DNA of 64,000 nt from a bacterium (GCA_021787535.1 JAJYLR010000001.1:19648-83647), one strand, 5' to 3'; positions 27,841 to 37,989 are shown, numbered from the stretch's first letter. Notes: a model not told the origin generated them from the sequence alone. Numbers and translations are program-made.

Positions 27841-29309
27841 AGAAGTTGCATATACTATTTCTGTTGCCGACTTTGTTTGTATTTTTCTTTTTGGCCCCTA
27901 AGGCCAAAGCAGATAGTCTAGGCGGTATTGTCGTTCATGCTCAAACCCCATCAGGCCAGCCAATATATGGCGCAAGTGTTGATGTTACTGTTGATGATAG
28001 AGCCAGGGGAACTACCTTTACGTATGGTGATCCCTTTGGAGGGTTTTACACATACAATGGAAGTATATATTTGCCTTGTGGTAATTTTGCTATGACACAA
28101 GAAAACACAGATGGATACAACTGGTGGTTAAATGGTGTTGATGGCAGTCATGGGGGAACAACTGATTTAAATGGGAATTTTCGGGCTACAGCTCCTTATA
28201 CTCCCCACCAAACAGGTATCTGGGGTGAGGTATGTTTTTGTAACTGGACCGGGTGGAATGCTTCAGGTGCGAATGTGGGATATAAAGTAACCGTTTCTTC
28301 CTGGGGTTATACGACAAGCGTTTTTAACTACTCTTTTCCAAATAATGCGGACACTTGGGTGACTGCTACTCTTTACCCTGTTCCGGAAGGTAATCATGAT
28401 GCTGCTAGCTGCACGCAAACAAGCGGATGGGCCCTTGGCGATATAACAAACCAGAACTATCATTCAGCGGTTCATCTCTATCAAACTCCTTCAGCGACTG
28501 AATGGGACCCGAATGGCGGGTATATTGGTGTTGTCACTGCCGATCAGTATCGCCAGGATTTAAAAAATATCGGTTTAACAGGGTATCAGGGCTTCACGGC
28601 CAGTGTCCCTGACTATGATTCTAATGGTCATCTTGTCAAAGACGGCGGTATCCATCAGATATGGGCTTATGCTTTTACTCCTGATGGACGGCCTTACAAA
28701 CTAGGCAGCACGCCAAAGACAATTAGCGGATGTACGCTACCGCCTACTCTAAACTTAAGCGCCAATCCCACAACTATTAATAATTCTTCAACTCCGCCTA
28801 ATTCAACTGCTCTGACTTGGAATGCTACAAATGCCAGTTCATGTTGGGCGTGGTCTTCTCCAAATCGTTCAAAATGGGGCGGTTCAGGCGGCTGGATGAG
28901 TACCAGTGGAACAGTTAATGATAATCCTACCTCTAATACAACCTACAATATGGAATGTTATGGTTCAGGCGGCAATGTTACGAAGTCGGTAACAATAAAT
29001 GTTGTCCAGCCGCCTACCTGCAGCATAAATGTTAACCCAAATCCTGTAACCCAGCTTTTCAATGCTGTTCTCGGATGGGGTACTAACGGCACATCTGCAA
29101 CCATCACGGGTACTGATGGGACTAATATATCTTGGACTCAAGGTCAGCCAACATCCCAAACGATTGATACAAGAGATGCAGGCGATAGAACTTACTCAAT
29201 GACGGCAAAGGGGCCGGGTGCCGGAGGTTCTACCATATCTTCGTCATGCTCTACTGACTTTACCGTCAATCCCAACACAAGCTCTACAGTTGGGCCCTCA
29301 GCACCTTAA
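27837..29309 (+). CDS. Large secreted protein with tandem Ig-like C-terminal domains
   Basis: Signal peptide MKKLHILFLLPTLFVFFFLAPKAKA. Two repeats with conserved W/C/G positions. Confidence 0.5.
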   Translation: MKKLHILFLLPTLFVFFFLAPKAKADSLGGIVVHAQTPSGQPIYGASVDVTVDDRARGTTFTYGDPFGGFYTYNGSIYLPCGNFAMTQENTDGYNWWLNGVDGSHGGTTDLNGNFRATAPYTPHQTGIWGEVCFCNWTGWNASGANVGYKVTVSSWGYTTSVFNYSFPNNADTWVTATLYPVPEGNHDAASCTQTSGWALGDITNQNYHSAVHLYQTPSATEWDPNGGYIGVVTADQYRQDLKNIGLTGYQGFTASVPDYDSNGHLVKDGGIHQIWAYAFTPDGRPYKLGSTPKTISGCTLPPTLNLSANPTTINNSSTPPNSTALTWNATNASSCWAWSSPNRSKWGGSGGWMSTSGTVNDNPTSNTTYNMECYGSGGNVTKSVTINVVQPPTCSINVNPNPVTQLFNAVLGWGTNGTSATITGTDGTNISWTQGQPTSQTIDTRDAGDRTYSMTAKGPGAGGSTISSSCSTDFTVNPNTSSTVGPSAP

Positions 29310-29374
29310 GATTATTACTCTATTGACAGCAACTACCTGTCTGATATCATAGTAGTTAAGGTATTTTTCTTAGA

Positions 29375-29884
29375 TTGAAGGAGGGTATTATAACTGTAAA
29401 AAAGAAGGAAAACAGCACATTACACCAAGAAGCTAAAATTATAGCGTTATTTATGGTACTGGTTTTCATTCTCAGTATGTTATGTTTGTATTTATATTGG
29501 CAAAATTATGAAAATCGAAATGCTGCCAAGGTTAAAGATGATGCAATGACACAAGCTTTGCATACCCTTAGGGAGGTATCAGCTACGGCTAGCTCCAACT
29601 CCCAACTTAATATTAAAGATCCGACTAATGTTACCCTAGACAATGCAGACATTGTTTCGGTTGATCCTCAGGGTAACAAAATAGTTTTCTTAGATAAAAC
29701 GGGCGCTAAGCTGCCTCTGATAGTTGTCAGTGGCTCAAAACTGCAAAAGGTGACTATTTTACCTACAGGAAAGGCGAGTTGGACTAATGTAGGCATTCAG
29801 GGAGTACCTTCTGGTGCAAAAGGAACGGTGTTTTATAACAAGAGTCATGAGGTCATAGATTTAGTTTTTATGGTGGCTCGATGA
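29375..29884 (+). CDS. Hypothetical membrane-anchored protein immediately upstream of pilM
   Basis: Single N-terminal TM. Co-directional with the pilus operon. Confidence 0.4.
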   Translation: MKEGIITVKKKENSTLHQEAKIIALFMVLVFILSMLCLYLYWQNYENRNAAKVKDDAMTQALHTLREVSATASSNSQLNIKDPTNVTLDNADIVSVDPQGNKIVFLDKTGAKLPLIVVSGSKLQKVTILPTGKASWTNVGIQGVPSGAKGTVFYNKSHEVIDLVFMVAR

Positions 29885-29901
29885 AAGGTGTACGAGTATA
29901 A

Positions 29902-30942
29902 ATGGCTTTGGGACTTAATATTCTAAAAGAAAATACTGATTACTTCGGACTTGATATTGGAACAAATTCTATAAAGGCGGTCCAGCTCAAAAAAGCTTTT
30001 GGAAAATATGAGCTTATCTCTTTTGGAAGCGCTCCAGTGCCTGAGGGTGTTTCACAAAGCGATAGTGAGATTGATCAAAGGAAGATTGCCGAAGTTATAA
30101 AAAAGCTTATTCATTCTATGCATCTTGTTACTAAAAACGTTATAGTTTCTTTGCCTGGAAGCACTGTTTTTACTACAGTCATTAATATACCTAAAATGCC
30201 AATGGCCGAGCTGAAGAAAGCTGTTAAATACCAGGCTGAACAGAGCATACCCTTAAAGATTTCCGAGGTAAAAATTGACTGGCAGATCATAGGAGAGGTG
30301 CCTTCCAAAAATGAACTGATGGTTATGATCATAGCCGCACCGATATCTAAAACGAAAAAAATTGTTGATACAGTAGAAGCAGCCGGACTGGAACTTTGCG
30401 CTGTTGAAATTAATGCCATTGCTTCGGCAAGGTCCTTGCAAACCGGTGAAGCTCTTTATTTAATAGTGGATATCGGTACCTTTGTTACTGAAATTACAAT
30501 AGTCAAAGGCGGTGTAACGGCTCTGACTCGCACTATCTCGGTTGGAGGACAGGTGATTACAAGGGCTATAGCTCAAGGTTTAGGGCTTGAAGAAAGCCAA
30601 GCCGAACAGTTTAAAAGGAAGTTTGGCATTGAGAAAGATAAAATGGAAGGCCAGATCTTTAAAGCTGCTAAATCAGTTTTAAATAACCTACATGAAGAAA
30701 TTGACAGGTCTATCAAGTATTATTCTAATCAGGCAGGAGAAAATCTGAATCTCATTAAGCTTACTGGAGGAGGTTCTAGAATGCTCGGTATTCAAAATTT
30801 TCTTGCTGAAAACCTAGGTATGAATGTGATTTACGGCAATCCCTGGGCCCAGGTTGTACATAAGCCAGATATTAATAACCAGCTAGCGAGTAATGCCTTA
30901 GACTTTGCTGTGTCTGTTGGGCTAGCAATGAGGGGCATGTGA
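29902..30942 (+). CDS. pilM: Type IV pilus assembly protein PilM (actin-like ATPase fold)
   Basis: FGLDIGTNSIKAVQLKK N-terminus, overall PilM length, gene order pilM-N-O. Confidence 0.85.
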   Translation: MALGLNILKENTDYFGLDIGTNSIKAVQLKKAFGKYELISFGSAPVPEGVSQSDSEIDQRKIAEVIKKLIHSMHLVTKNVIVSLPGSTVFTTVINIPKMPMAELKKAVKYQAEQSIPLKISEVKIDWQIIGEVPSKNELMVMIIAAPISKTKKIVDTVEAAGLELCAVEINAIASARSLQTGEALYLIVDIGTFVTEITIVKGGVTALTRTISVGGQVITRAIAQGLGLEESQAEQFKRKFGIEKDKMEGQIFKAAKSVLNNLHEEIDRSIKYYSNQAGENLNLIKLTGGGSRMLGIQNFLAENLGMNVIYGNPWAQVVHKPDINNQLASNALDFAVSVGLAMRGM

Positions 30943-30943
30943 A

Positions 30944-31519
30944 ATGGCAAAGATAAATTTAGCGCCGGATATCAGGCTTGAAAAATTAAGGATTAAAAAA
31001 CTTAACTTTTATATTACTCTCGGCGCACTGATTATTTTTGGTGTTTTGGTGTTATTTATTTTAATTTTACAAGGTTATAGGTGGTCCCAAAGTTATAGTT
31101 TGGATCAGACCAAGAAAAAAATTGCAAGTACTGAAGATGAATTAAAAAACTATAAGGATATCGAAGACATGGTAGTTAATATTGAGCAAGGTACGAGTGC
31201 AATCAATAACATAGATAAAACAACGCCTAAATGGTCTCGCTTTATGCCGGTTTTAGAGCAAGTTACGCCTAATGACATTAGTTTTACGGAGCTCAGCCAG
31301 AGCGGCAACCAATTTAAAGCTAAAGCAGAGGGCCGTTATGTCTATTCTATCGCTCGGCTTATGAAATCACTTGCAAATTATGAGTATAAGGACAATCAGG
31401 ATGATCAGACAGGTACAAAGTTATTTCAGAATGTCAGTGTTGACGGTTATTCTATTACTGATAATGGCTTAGTGGATTTTGATATAACATTTGAAATGAA
31501 AGATGGTGTGTTATGGTAG
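30944..31519 (+). CDS. pilN: Type IV pilus assembly protein PilN
   Basis: Short cytoplasmic N-terminus, single TM, coiled-coil periplasmic region. Position after pilM. Confidence 0.75.
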   Translation: MAKINLAPDIRLEKLRIKKLNFYITLGALIIFGVLVLFILILQGYRWSQSYSLDQTKKKIASTEDELKNYKDIEDMVVNIEQGTSAINNIDKTTPKWSRFMPVLEQVTPNDISFTELSQSGNQFKAKAEGRYVYSIARLMKSLANYEYKDNQDDQTGTKLFQNVSVDGYSITDNGLVDFDITFEMKDGVLW

Positions 31520-32172
31520 AGGGAAAGGTAAGCAAAAAATTTGAAAAATATTATTGGATGTCAGGAGTGATTGTTGTAACAATAATAGTGGTGGTTTTGG
31601 CTGTCACCTTTGTGATAATCCCTTCCTTTAACAGTCTTGGTCAAGTGGGCGATGATCTGAAGGATCAAAAATCAAATTTAAGCGTTGACGGACAGAAGCT
31701 TGAAAAATTAAAAAGTTTTAAAGTCAAAGAAGATGACCTGAGAAAACAATCAGAGATAGTTTATCGCGCTATTCCGTCAAAAAAAGAGGTGGGAGATAGT
31801 TTTATTGAGCTTGACGGTTTGATTCATGAGGCAGGAGGAAGCAACAAAAAGGTTGCTAGTTCGGATAGCACAGATAGTGCTCAAAATACCGGTTCTTCAG
31901 GTCCCGCTAATGCCCCGAATACATCTTCAAGCAATAGTCAAGGCCAAACCATGACATTGCCAGCAGGAGTCAGTGCGCTAGACTACACTACGGATGTGGA
32001 CTTCCCAAGTTATCAGAACTTTAAAACTATGCTTGAAAACTCTGAGAAAGCATTAAGATTTGTCCATTTGGATGATTTCAAAATTACTACAAAAGATGGG
32101 GCATTTAAAGTCAAATTATCATATACTGCTTTTTACAGAAGTGAAGGTTCTAGCAGTACAGGAGGACAGTAA
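31513..32172 (+). CDS. pilO: Type IV pilus assembly protein PilO
   Basis: Single TM plus coiled-coil. Position after pilN. Confidence 0.65.
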   Translation: MVEGKVSKKFEKYYWMSGVIVVTIIVVVLAVTFVIIPSFNSLGQVGDDLKDQKSNLSVDGQKLEKLKSFKVKEDDLRKQSEIVYRAIPSKKEVGDSFIELDGLIHEAGGSNKKVASSDSTDSAQNTGSSGPANAPNTSSSNSQGQTMTLPAGVSALDYTTDVDFPSYQNFKTMLENSEKALRFVHLDDFKITTKDGAFKVKLSYTAFYRSEGSSSTGGQ

Positions 32173-32175
32173 ATA

Positions 32176-32415
32176 ATGAAAAAATCAGATATTATAGTAA
32201 TATCATTTTGCGGACTCATAATAGCTGTTTCTATATTCTTTATTACGAAAGGATTAATGCCGAGTAAATCCAATAAACCGTTTAAGGTACAGTCAACTAT
32301 TAATTTTACCGGCAACATTGACCAAGGCACAATCGATAAGATACAAAAGAGAAAGGATTATGGTTCGCCTCCTATGGATAATATAGGCAGAGACAATCCT
32401 TTTGGGGGACTTTAA
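32176..32415 (+). CDS. Small membrane protein in the pilus operon (possibly PilP-like)
   Basis: N-terminal TM, 79 aa. Context only. Confidence 0.35.
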   Translation: MKKSDIIVISFCGLIIAVSIFFITKGLMPSKSNKPFKVQSTINFTGNIDQGTIDKIQKRKDYGSPPMDNIGRDNPFGGL

Positions 32416-32538
32416 AAAACATAATTTTGAATAATAGAATGAAAATAAAGAATGAAGGATCTAAAACTTGAATCTTTATTCCGAATTCTAGATTCCTATT
32501 CTATTATTCAATGATGCGGCTATTCAAAATTTAAAATC

Positions 32539-34323
32539 ATGGCAGTTGGTAATGAGAAAAAGTTAGAAGATTTATTAGTCAAGCTGGGGTTAGTCACACA
32601 AAAACAGCTTGACCTTGTTAGGGTTGAGAGCGCTGAAACAGGGAAACCGGTTCTTGAGATTTTAAAAGAGATGCCGGAGATTTCTAAAGAAAGTTTAACA
32701 AAGGCCATGGCAGTTGCTATGGAACTGCCTTATGTCGATTTGTCTCAGAAAAAATTAGACAAAGGTATTTTAAATGTTATCAGCAGGGACATCGCTCTTA
32801 AGTATAAGATTGTTCCATTTGGCAAAGTAGGGGATTTTTTAAATGTTGCTATGGCAGACCCAAACAATATCGTAGCCATAGAATACATTGAGAAAAAAAC
32901 AGGAATGAAACTCAAGCCATACTTTGCTTCGGACGAAAGTATAAGTAAAGCCATTGGGCAATATGATGATTATTCAGTCGAGGTACAGAATGTTTTAGGT
33001 ACCTTGGAAAAAACTCCTTCTCTAGACTTGAAGGAGGATAAAGAGCATGAGAAGGATAAAGAGGGAAATGCGGCTGTTATTACGCAAGATGCTCCAATTA
33101 CTAGAGCTTTAAACACTATCTTAGAGTATGCCGCTAAATCCAGGGCATCAGATATTCATATTGAGCCAAGAGAAAAGGCAATCAAAGTTAGATATAGGAT
33201 CGATGGCATTCTATACAACACTATGACACTGCCTAAACATATCCATCCCGCCCTAGTTTCTCGAATAAAAATTTTGTCAAATCTGAAAATTGATGAGCAT
33301 CGCGTACCTCAGGACGGCCGTTTTCAGCTCAATCACGACAACCGTGAGATAGATTTGCGTATTTCCGTTACCCCCATCGTTTATGGTGAGAAAGTAGTGA
33401 TTCGTCTGCTTGACAAATCAACTGGTATCATAACGCTCGAGAACCTTGGTATTAAAGGCAGGGCCTATAATATTATTGAAGAAGGGACGAAAAAACCTCA
33501 CGGTATGGTACTTGCTACAGGGCCTACGGGCTCGGGAAAATCGACATCGCTTTATGCAATACTATCAAAAATCAATAAACCGAGTGTCAATATTATTACC
33601 GTTGAAGATCCGGTTGAGTATAATATCGAAGGAATTAATCAGATTCAAGTCAATAATGCTGTGGGACTTACCTTTTCTTCGGGGCTTCGTTCTATTTTAC
33701 GCCAGGATCCGGATGTCATTATGGTTGGAGAAATTCGCGACAAGGAAACAGCTGAACTTGCGGTACAGTCTGCATTAACCGGACATACTGTGTTATCAAC
33801 TCTTCACACAAACTCGGCGGCAGGGGCGCTGCCACGCCTGATAGAAATGGATATCGAGCCATTTTTGATTGCTTCCACCGTTAATACTGTTATTGCCCAA
33901 CGTTTAGTTCGCACGATTTGTGAAAACTGTAAAGAAGAGTATAAAGCTAGTGTGGCTCTAACAAAGGCGATTAAAAAATCACTCGTTAACATCTTGCCCT
34001 CAAAGAAAGATCCGATTTCAAAAACCAAGGATCTTGGATTTGATAAATTGCCGAATATGGAAGATGAAATTTTTACTTTATATAAAGGCAAAGGATGCGA
34101 TCAATGCAAAAATACCGGTTATTGGGGGCGCGTAGGTGTTTACGAGATTTTCAATGTCAATGAAAAAATCGAGGATCTCATTACAAAGGAAGCTACTTCA
34201 AGTGATATTCAAGACCAGGCCATAGAGGATGGGATGATTACCATGCGCCAAGACGGCTTTTTAAAAGCTTTGGCGGGAATTACGACTTTGGAAGAGGTAG
34301 TAAGAACAACAACAGAAGACTAA
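32539..34323 (+). CDS. pilB: Type IV pilus assembly (extension) ATPase PilB/GspE
   Basis: N-terminal GSPII_E_N domain. Walker A LATGPTGSGKSTSLYAIL. Tetracysteine CDQC...C. Asp/His boxes. Confidence 0.9.
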   Translation: MAVGNEKKLEDLLVKLGLVTQKQLDLVRVESAETGKPVLEILKEMPEISKESLTKAMAVAMELPYVDLSQKKLDKGILNVISRDIALKYKIVPFGKVGDFLNVAMADPNNIVAIEYIEKKTGMKLKPYFASDESISKAIGQYDDYSVEVQNVLGTLEKTPSLDLKEDKEHEKDKEGNAAVITQDAPITRALNTILEYAAKSRASDIHIEPREKAIKVRYRIDGILYNTMTLPKHIHPALVSRIKILSNLKIDEHRVPQDGRFQLNHDNREIDLRISVTPIVYGEKVVIRLLDKSTGIITLENLGIKGRAYNIIEEGTKKPHGMVLATGPTGSGKSTSLYAILSKINKPSVNIITVEDPVEYNIEGINQIQVNNAVGLTFSSGLRSILRQDPDVIMVGEIRDKETAELAVQSALTGHTVLSTLHTNSAAGALPRLIEMDIEPFLIASTVNTVIAQRLVRTICENCKEEYKASVALTKAIKKSLVNILPSKKDPISKTKDLGFDKLPNMEDEIFTLYKGKGCDQCKNTGYWGRVGVYEIFNVNEKIEDLITKEATSSDIQDQAIEDGMITMRQDGFLKALAGITTLEEVVRTTTED

Positions 34324-34352
34324 AAATATTAATTTTTAATTATCAAATTCCA

Positions 34353-34742
34353 ATGATCAATCAAATCTCAAGTACCAATAAGGAAGAAACAAAATATGAT
34401 TTAGTTGAGAGGACTGCAGTATTTGGTGAATCTATTCTTGACTTTGTTGGGGGTGTCGAAAGAAATTCTATCAATAACCCATTAATAAGCCAGGTTGTTA
34501 GGTCTGGAACAAGTGTGGGGGCAAATTATTGTGAGGCAAATGAGGCGAATTCCAAAAAGGATTTTGTTCATAAGGTTAGCATCGCAAAAAAAGAAGCAAA
34601 AGAAACTATACACTGGCTCCGCATGATTATAAAAGTAAACTCTGCTCTCAGAGAAAGAGCTGAAATTTTGCAAAAGGAATCTCACGAGCTGGTTTTGATA
34701 TTTTCTGCTATAATGAGAAAAAGTACGGGTAGGGAAGTTTAA
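34353..34742 (+). CDS. Four-helix-bundle protein (23S rRNA intervening-sequence protein family, TIGR02436-like)
   Basis: SGTSVGANYCEANEANSKKDFVHKVSIAKKEAKETIHWL matches the family core motif. Confidence 0.7.
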   Translation: MINQISSTNKEETKYDLVERTAVFGESILDFVGGVERNSINNPLISQVVRSGTSVGANYCEANEANSKKDFVHKVSIAKKEAKETIHWLRMIIKVNSALRERAEILQKESHELVLIFSAIMRKSTGREV

Positions 34743-34860
34743 AATTTATTATTTAGCATTTGATTGAACATTGAGTTTTGAACATTGGAATTTTAATTAT
34801 AAGTCTTTGAATTTTCAACTGATGGTATTAAAATAAGAGTTATAAAGGAGGGCTTTACTA

Positions 34861-35934
34861 ATGCCTGAAGCAGCAAAACTAAAAATTGAAAACTTTCTGG
34901 AAGAGGTCATTAAAACTGATGCAAGCGATCTTCATCTAACGGTTGGGGTGCCGCCTATGCTTAGGATAGATGGCGCTTTGAAACCAATTGACGGCACCAA
35001 AGGGTTAACCGATAAAGATGTAAAAGATTTGACTTACTCTATTTTGGATGATGTTCAGAAAGATATTCTTGAACGTGACAAAGAAGTAGATTTTTCTTTT
35101 ACTTATGGGGATTTGGCAAGATTTAGAGCAAATGCTTACCATCAAAAAGGTAATATTGGTCTGGCACTTCGTTTAATTCCCGTAGCGATTCGCAGTTTGA
35201 CGCAACTTGGCATACCTAAGATAGTAGAAAGGTTCACTGAGTTTCCGCGCGGTTTAGTGCTTGTGACTGGTCCGACTGGTTCAGGTAAATCTACTACCCT
35301 AGCAGCTATGATCGATAAAATAAACACAGAACGGGCTTGCCATATTATTACGGTTGAAGATCCGATAGAGTATACTCACTCCCACAAGAAATCTTTAGTG
35401 GAACAAAGAGAAGTTCACTATGACACCCGTTCCTTTGCCGCTGCTCTCCGCAGCGTCCTACGAGAAGATCCTGATGTAGTTTTGATTGGAGAAATGAGAG
35501 ATCTGGAAACCATTGCTGCGGCAATCACCATTGCTGAAACCGGCCACCTGGTTTTAGCAACATTGCACACAAATAGTGCCGCACAATCTGTAGACAGAAT
35601 TATCGATGTTTTTCCTCCGCATCAGCAGCAACAGATTAGAGTGCAGCTTTCCAATATTTTACAAGGAATTGTTTCCCAACGGCTCATTCCGGCTATTGGA
35701 GGAGGCCGCTTAGCTGCAGCGGAGATTTTGGTTGCTACTCCGGCGGTCCGTAATATTATAAGAGAGCAAAAAACTCATCAGTTAGAAGCAGTGATCCAAA
35801 CAGGAGCATCAGAGGGTATGCAGTCTATGGATAGGACTTTAGCTAACCTTATTAAAGTCGGCCGTATTACCATGGATGAGGCGAAAGGTTATGCTATTGA
35901 TATTAAGGAACTTGAAAGACTTCTGCGTAAATAA
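34861..35934 (+). CDS. pilT: Twitching motility (retraction) ATPase PilT
   Basis: Walker A LVLVTGPTGSGKSTTLAAMI. PilT-specific AIRNLIRE-like motif AVRNIIRE. Confidence 0.9.
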   Translation: MPEAAKLKIENFLEEVIKTDASDLHLTVGVPPMLRIDGALKPIDGTKGLTDKDVKDLTYSILDDVQKDILERDKEVDFSFTYGDLARFRANAYHQKGNIGLALRLIPVAIRSLTQLGIPKIVERFTEFPRGLVLVTGPTGSGKSTTLAAMIDKINTERACHIITVEDPIEYTHSHKKSLVEQREVHYDTRSFAAALRSVLREDPDVVLIGEMRDLETIAAAITIAETGHLVLATLHTNSAAQSVDRIIDVFPPHQQQQIRVQLSNILQGIVSQRLIPAIGGGRLAAAEILVATPAVRNIIREQKTHQLEAVIQTGASEGMQSMDRTLANLIKVGRITMDEAKGYAIDIKELERLLRK

Positions 35935-36014
35935 AAACACGAAATAATAAAATAACAAAAATCGAGTCACGTGTTATTTAATTCATCAAGTTTATCGGTT
36001 ACTAAGTTGAAATC

Positions 36015-37226
36015 ATGAAAGAATTCAGTTACAAAGCAAGGAACAAAGACGGAACGGCCACGCAAGGTATTGTGGAAGCAGAGACAGAGCAAGCCGCATC
36101 GAATCTTTTGATTTCCAAAAACATTTTTCCTGTTGCCATTAAAGAAAGTTCTTCGTCTGCTTTCGGAAGTTTCTCTTTTCTGAAAAAGATCTCAAGAAAG
36201 GACAAGGTTTTCTTTGTGCGGCAACTTGCTACTATGACCGGTGCCGGATTGCCTATAGCGCAAGCACTGGCCACGCTTTTGGAACAGACTTCCAAACAAA
36301 ACGTAAAGAAAATGATAGAACAAATGATGCGCGATATAGAGGCGGGAGGCACTCTGTCCGCTGCTTTCGGGGCTTTTCCGGAAACATTCAATAAAACAGA
36401 TGTGAACATGATTGCTTCCGGAGAAGCGAGCGGAAAAATTGACGAAGTTTTGCTGCATATGGCTGATCAAACAGAAAAAAGCTATAGAACAATCAAAAGA
36501 ATCAGGACTGTTTTTATTTACCCTGCTTTTCTATCAGTTGTTGTGATAGGTATAGTGGCAGGTCTTCTTACCTTTGTTTTGCCTCAAATGGAAGATTTAT
36601 ATAAGGGTTTTGGTGCAAAACTCCCTCTACCTACGCGAATACTCATAGGATTTAGCCACTTTATCACCAAATATTTTATTTTAGTCATCTTAGTGCTCAT
36701 TGCTGTTTTTATCCTTCTCAGAATATACACGCGCACTAATGAAACAGGAAAATATATCTGGCATCGCCTAAAGCTCAATATTCCGCTTATAGGCAGCTTT
36801 ATTAAGCTGTCTTATCTCTCCATCTTTACTCGTACGCTTGCCAGTCTGGTATCTTCTGGTGTTCCGATTCTTGACTCTTTGCAGATAGTGGCGGAAGCTA
36901 TGCCGAACATTATTTATCGAGACAGTTTAGAGACGGTGAAAGATAAGGTGAAGCAGGGTAAAGCATTATCCACGGCCCTTAAGGATGATGAACTTTTTCC
37001 TATCCTTGTTTCGCAGATGATAGCGGTTGGTGAACAAACGGGTGAACTTGATAATATGCTGGCCAATATGGCCGAATATTATGATGATGAGCTTGATACC
37101 ATGACTAAGAACATGCAATCCTTGTTAGAACCGATCATGATTGTGGTGATGGGCGGTATTGTCGGCACTATTATCATCTGTATCCTGCTCCCAGTTTACA
37201 GCATCCAGAATTTTGTAAAACATTAA
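36015..37226 (+). CDS. pilC: Type IV pilus platform protein PilC/GspF
   Basis: Two GspF repeats, three TM segments, ~400 aa. Confidence 0.85.
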   Translation: MKEFSYKARNKDGTATQGIVEAETEQAASNLLISKNIFPVAIKESSSSAFGSFSFLKKISRKDKVFFVRQLATMTGAGLPIAQALATLLEQTSKQNVKKMIEQMMRDIEAGGTLSAAFGAFPETFNKTDVNMIASGEASGKIDEVLLHMADQTEKSYRTIKRIRTVFIYPAFLSVVVIGIVAGLLTFVLPQMEDLYKGFGAKLPLPTRILIGFSHFITKYFILVILVLIAVFILLRIYTRTNETGKYIWHRLKLNIPLIGSFIKLSYLSIFTRTLASLVSSGVPILDSLQIVAEAMPNIIYRDSLETVKDKVKQGKALSTALKDDELFPILVSQMIAVGEQTGELDNMLANMAEYYDDELDTMTKNMQSLLEPIMIVVMGGIVGTIIICILLPVYSIQNFVKH

Positions 37227-37281
37227 GGGATAAATCCGAAACTCTAAGCACGAAATTCAAAACAAAAAAATATAATCATCT

Positions 37282-37358
37282 CGTCATTCTGGCTTGGCCA
37301 GAATCAATGCGGCTTCAATGTAACGGCCCTGACAGATTCTGGATGAACCAGAATGACG
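37282..37358. repeat. Full-length family-1 palindromic element: cgtcattctgg...reverse core...36-nt spacer...forward core gattctgg-atgaa-ccagaatgacg
   Basis: Perfect 11-nt outer inverted termini. Between pilC and the pilin gene. Confidence 0.8.
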
Positions 37359-37477
37359 ACGAAGCTATACAACTTATAAAAATTGGTTCGATACTTGATA
37401 AATTCGTTAAAGTTTAGAATATTGAAATTTATGATTTGTAATTTATTTCGGATTTCGGATTTAATATTTAGGATTTG

Positions 37478-37531
37478 ATGATATTTTGCTCGCAAAATAT
37501 CATTGACACATCATAAGGACAATAGTTAAAT
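37478..37531 (+). promoter_or_regulatory. Major pilin promoter region: a perfect 12-bp inverted repeat ATGATATTTTGC-tc-GCAAAATATCAT (candidate operator) overlapping the -35 of a TTGACA-N17-TTAAAT promoter
   Basis: Exact palindrome at 37478-37503. The -35 is at 37503-37508 and the -10 at 37526-37531. Confidence 0.5.
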
Positions 37532-37584
37532 AGAGTTGTATTTATAAAATACAAATTGCCTTTTAAGGCGGGGAGGAGGTGAAA

Positions 37585-37989
37585 ATGAGAAAGCTAAAAA
37601 GTAAACAAGGTTTTACGCTTATCGAAGTAGTTGTCGTGATGGCTATTATTGCAGTTTTGGCTGTTTTGGTGATTGGAGCCATTACAGTAGCCAGAAATAC
37701 CCAGAAGGAAACAGTTCACAGGTCAAATGCCAGAACAGTACAAACTCAGCTTGAGGCATGGTATGCAAAGAATAGAAGTTACCCAGCAACATCAGGGACA
37801 GTTGACTTGAATGCCGCTATGACTTCTATGGGACAGTCAACATTTTCAAATGCCAGTGAATGTACAGGTACAGGAGGAAAACCTGGCGGAGGCACTGTTG
37901 CCTATTCAACTACGGGTTATACAATCACGCCTTATGATTCAGGATGTACTAATCCGCTCGGTTCATCAGACGTGTTGAGCAACCAATAA
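37585..37989 (+). CDS. pilA: Type IV major pilin (prepilin with class III signal: KQG, then FTLIEVVVVMAIIAVLA)
   Basis: Canonical N-terminal G-F-T-L-I-E methylation/cleavage motif. ATG at 37585 with a GGAGGAGG RBS. C-terminal Cys pair. Confidence 0.85.
   Translation: MRKLKSKQGFTLIEVVVVMAIIAVLAVLVIGAITVARNTQKETVHRSNARTVQTQLEAWYAKNRSYPATSGTVDLNAAMTSMGQSTFSNASECTGTGGKPGGGTVAYSTTGYTITPYDSGCTNPLGSSDVLSNQ

Noticed and set aside
32176-32415. Assigning the 79-aa protein as PilP
   Set aside because: Only its position and a TM segment support this, with no lipobox or PilP motif. It is kept as hypothetical.
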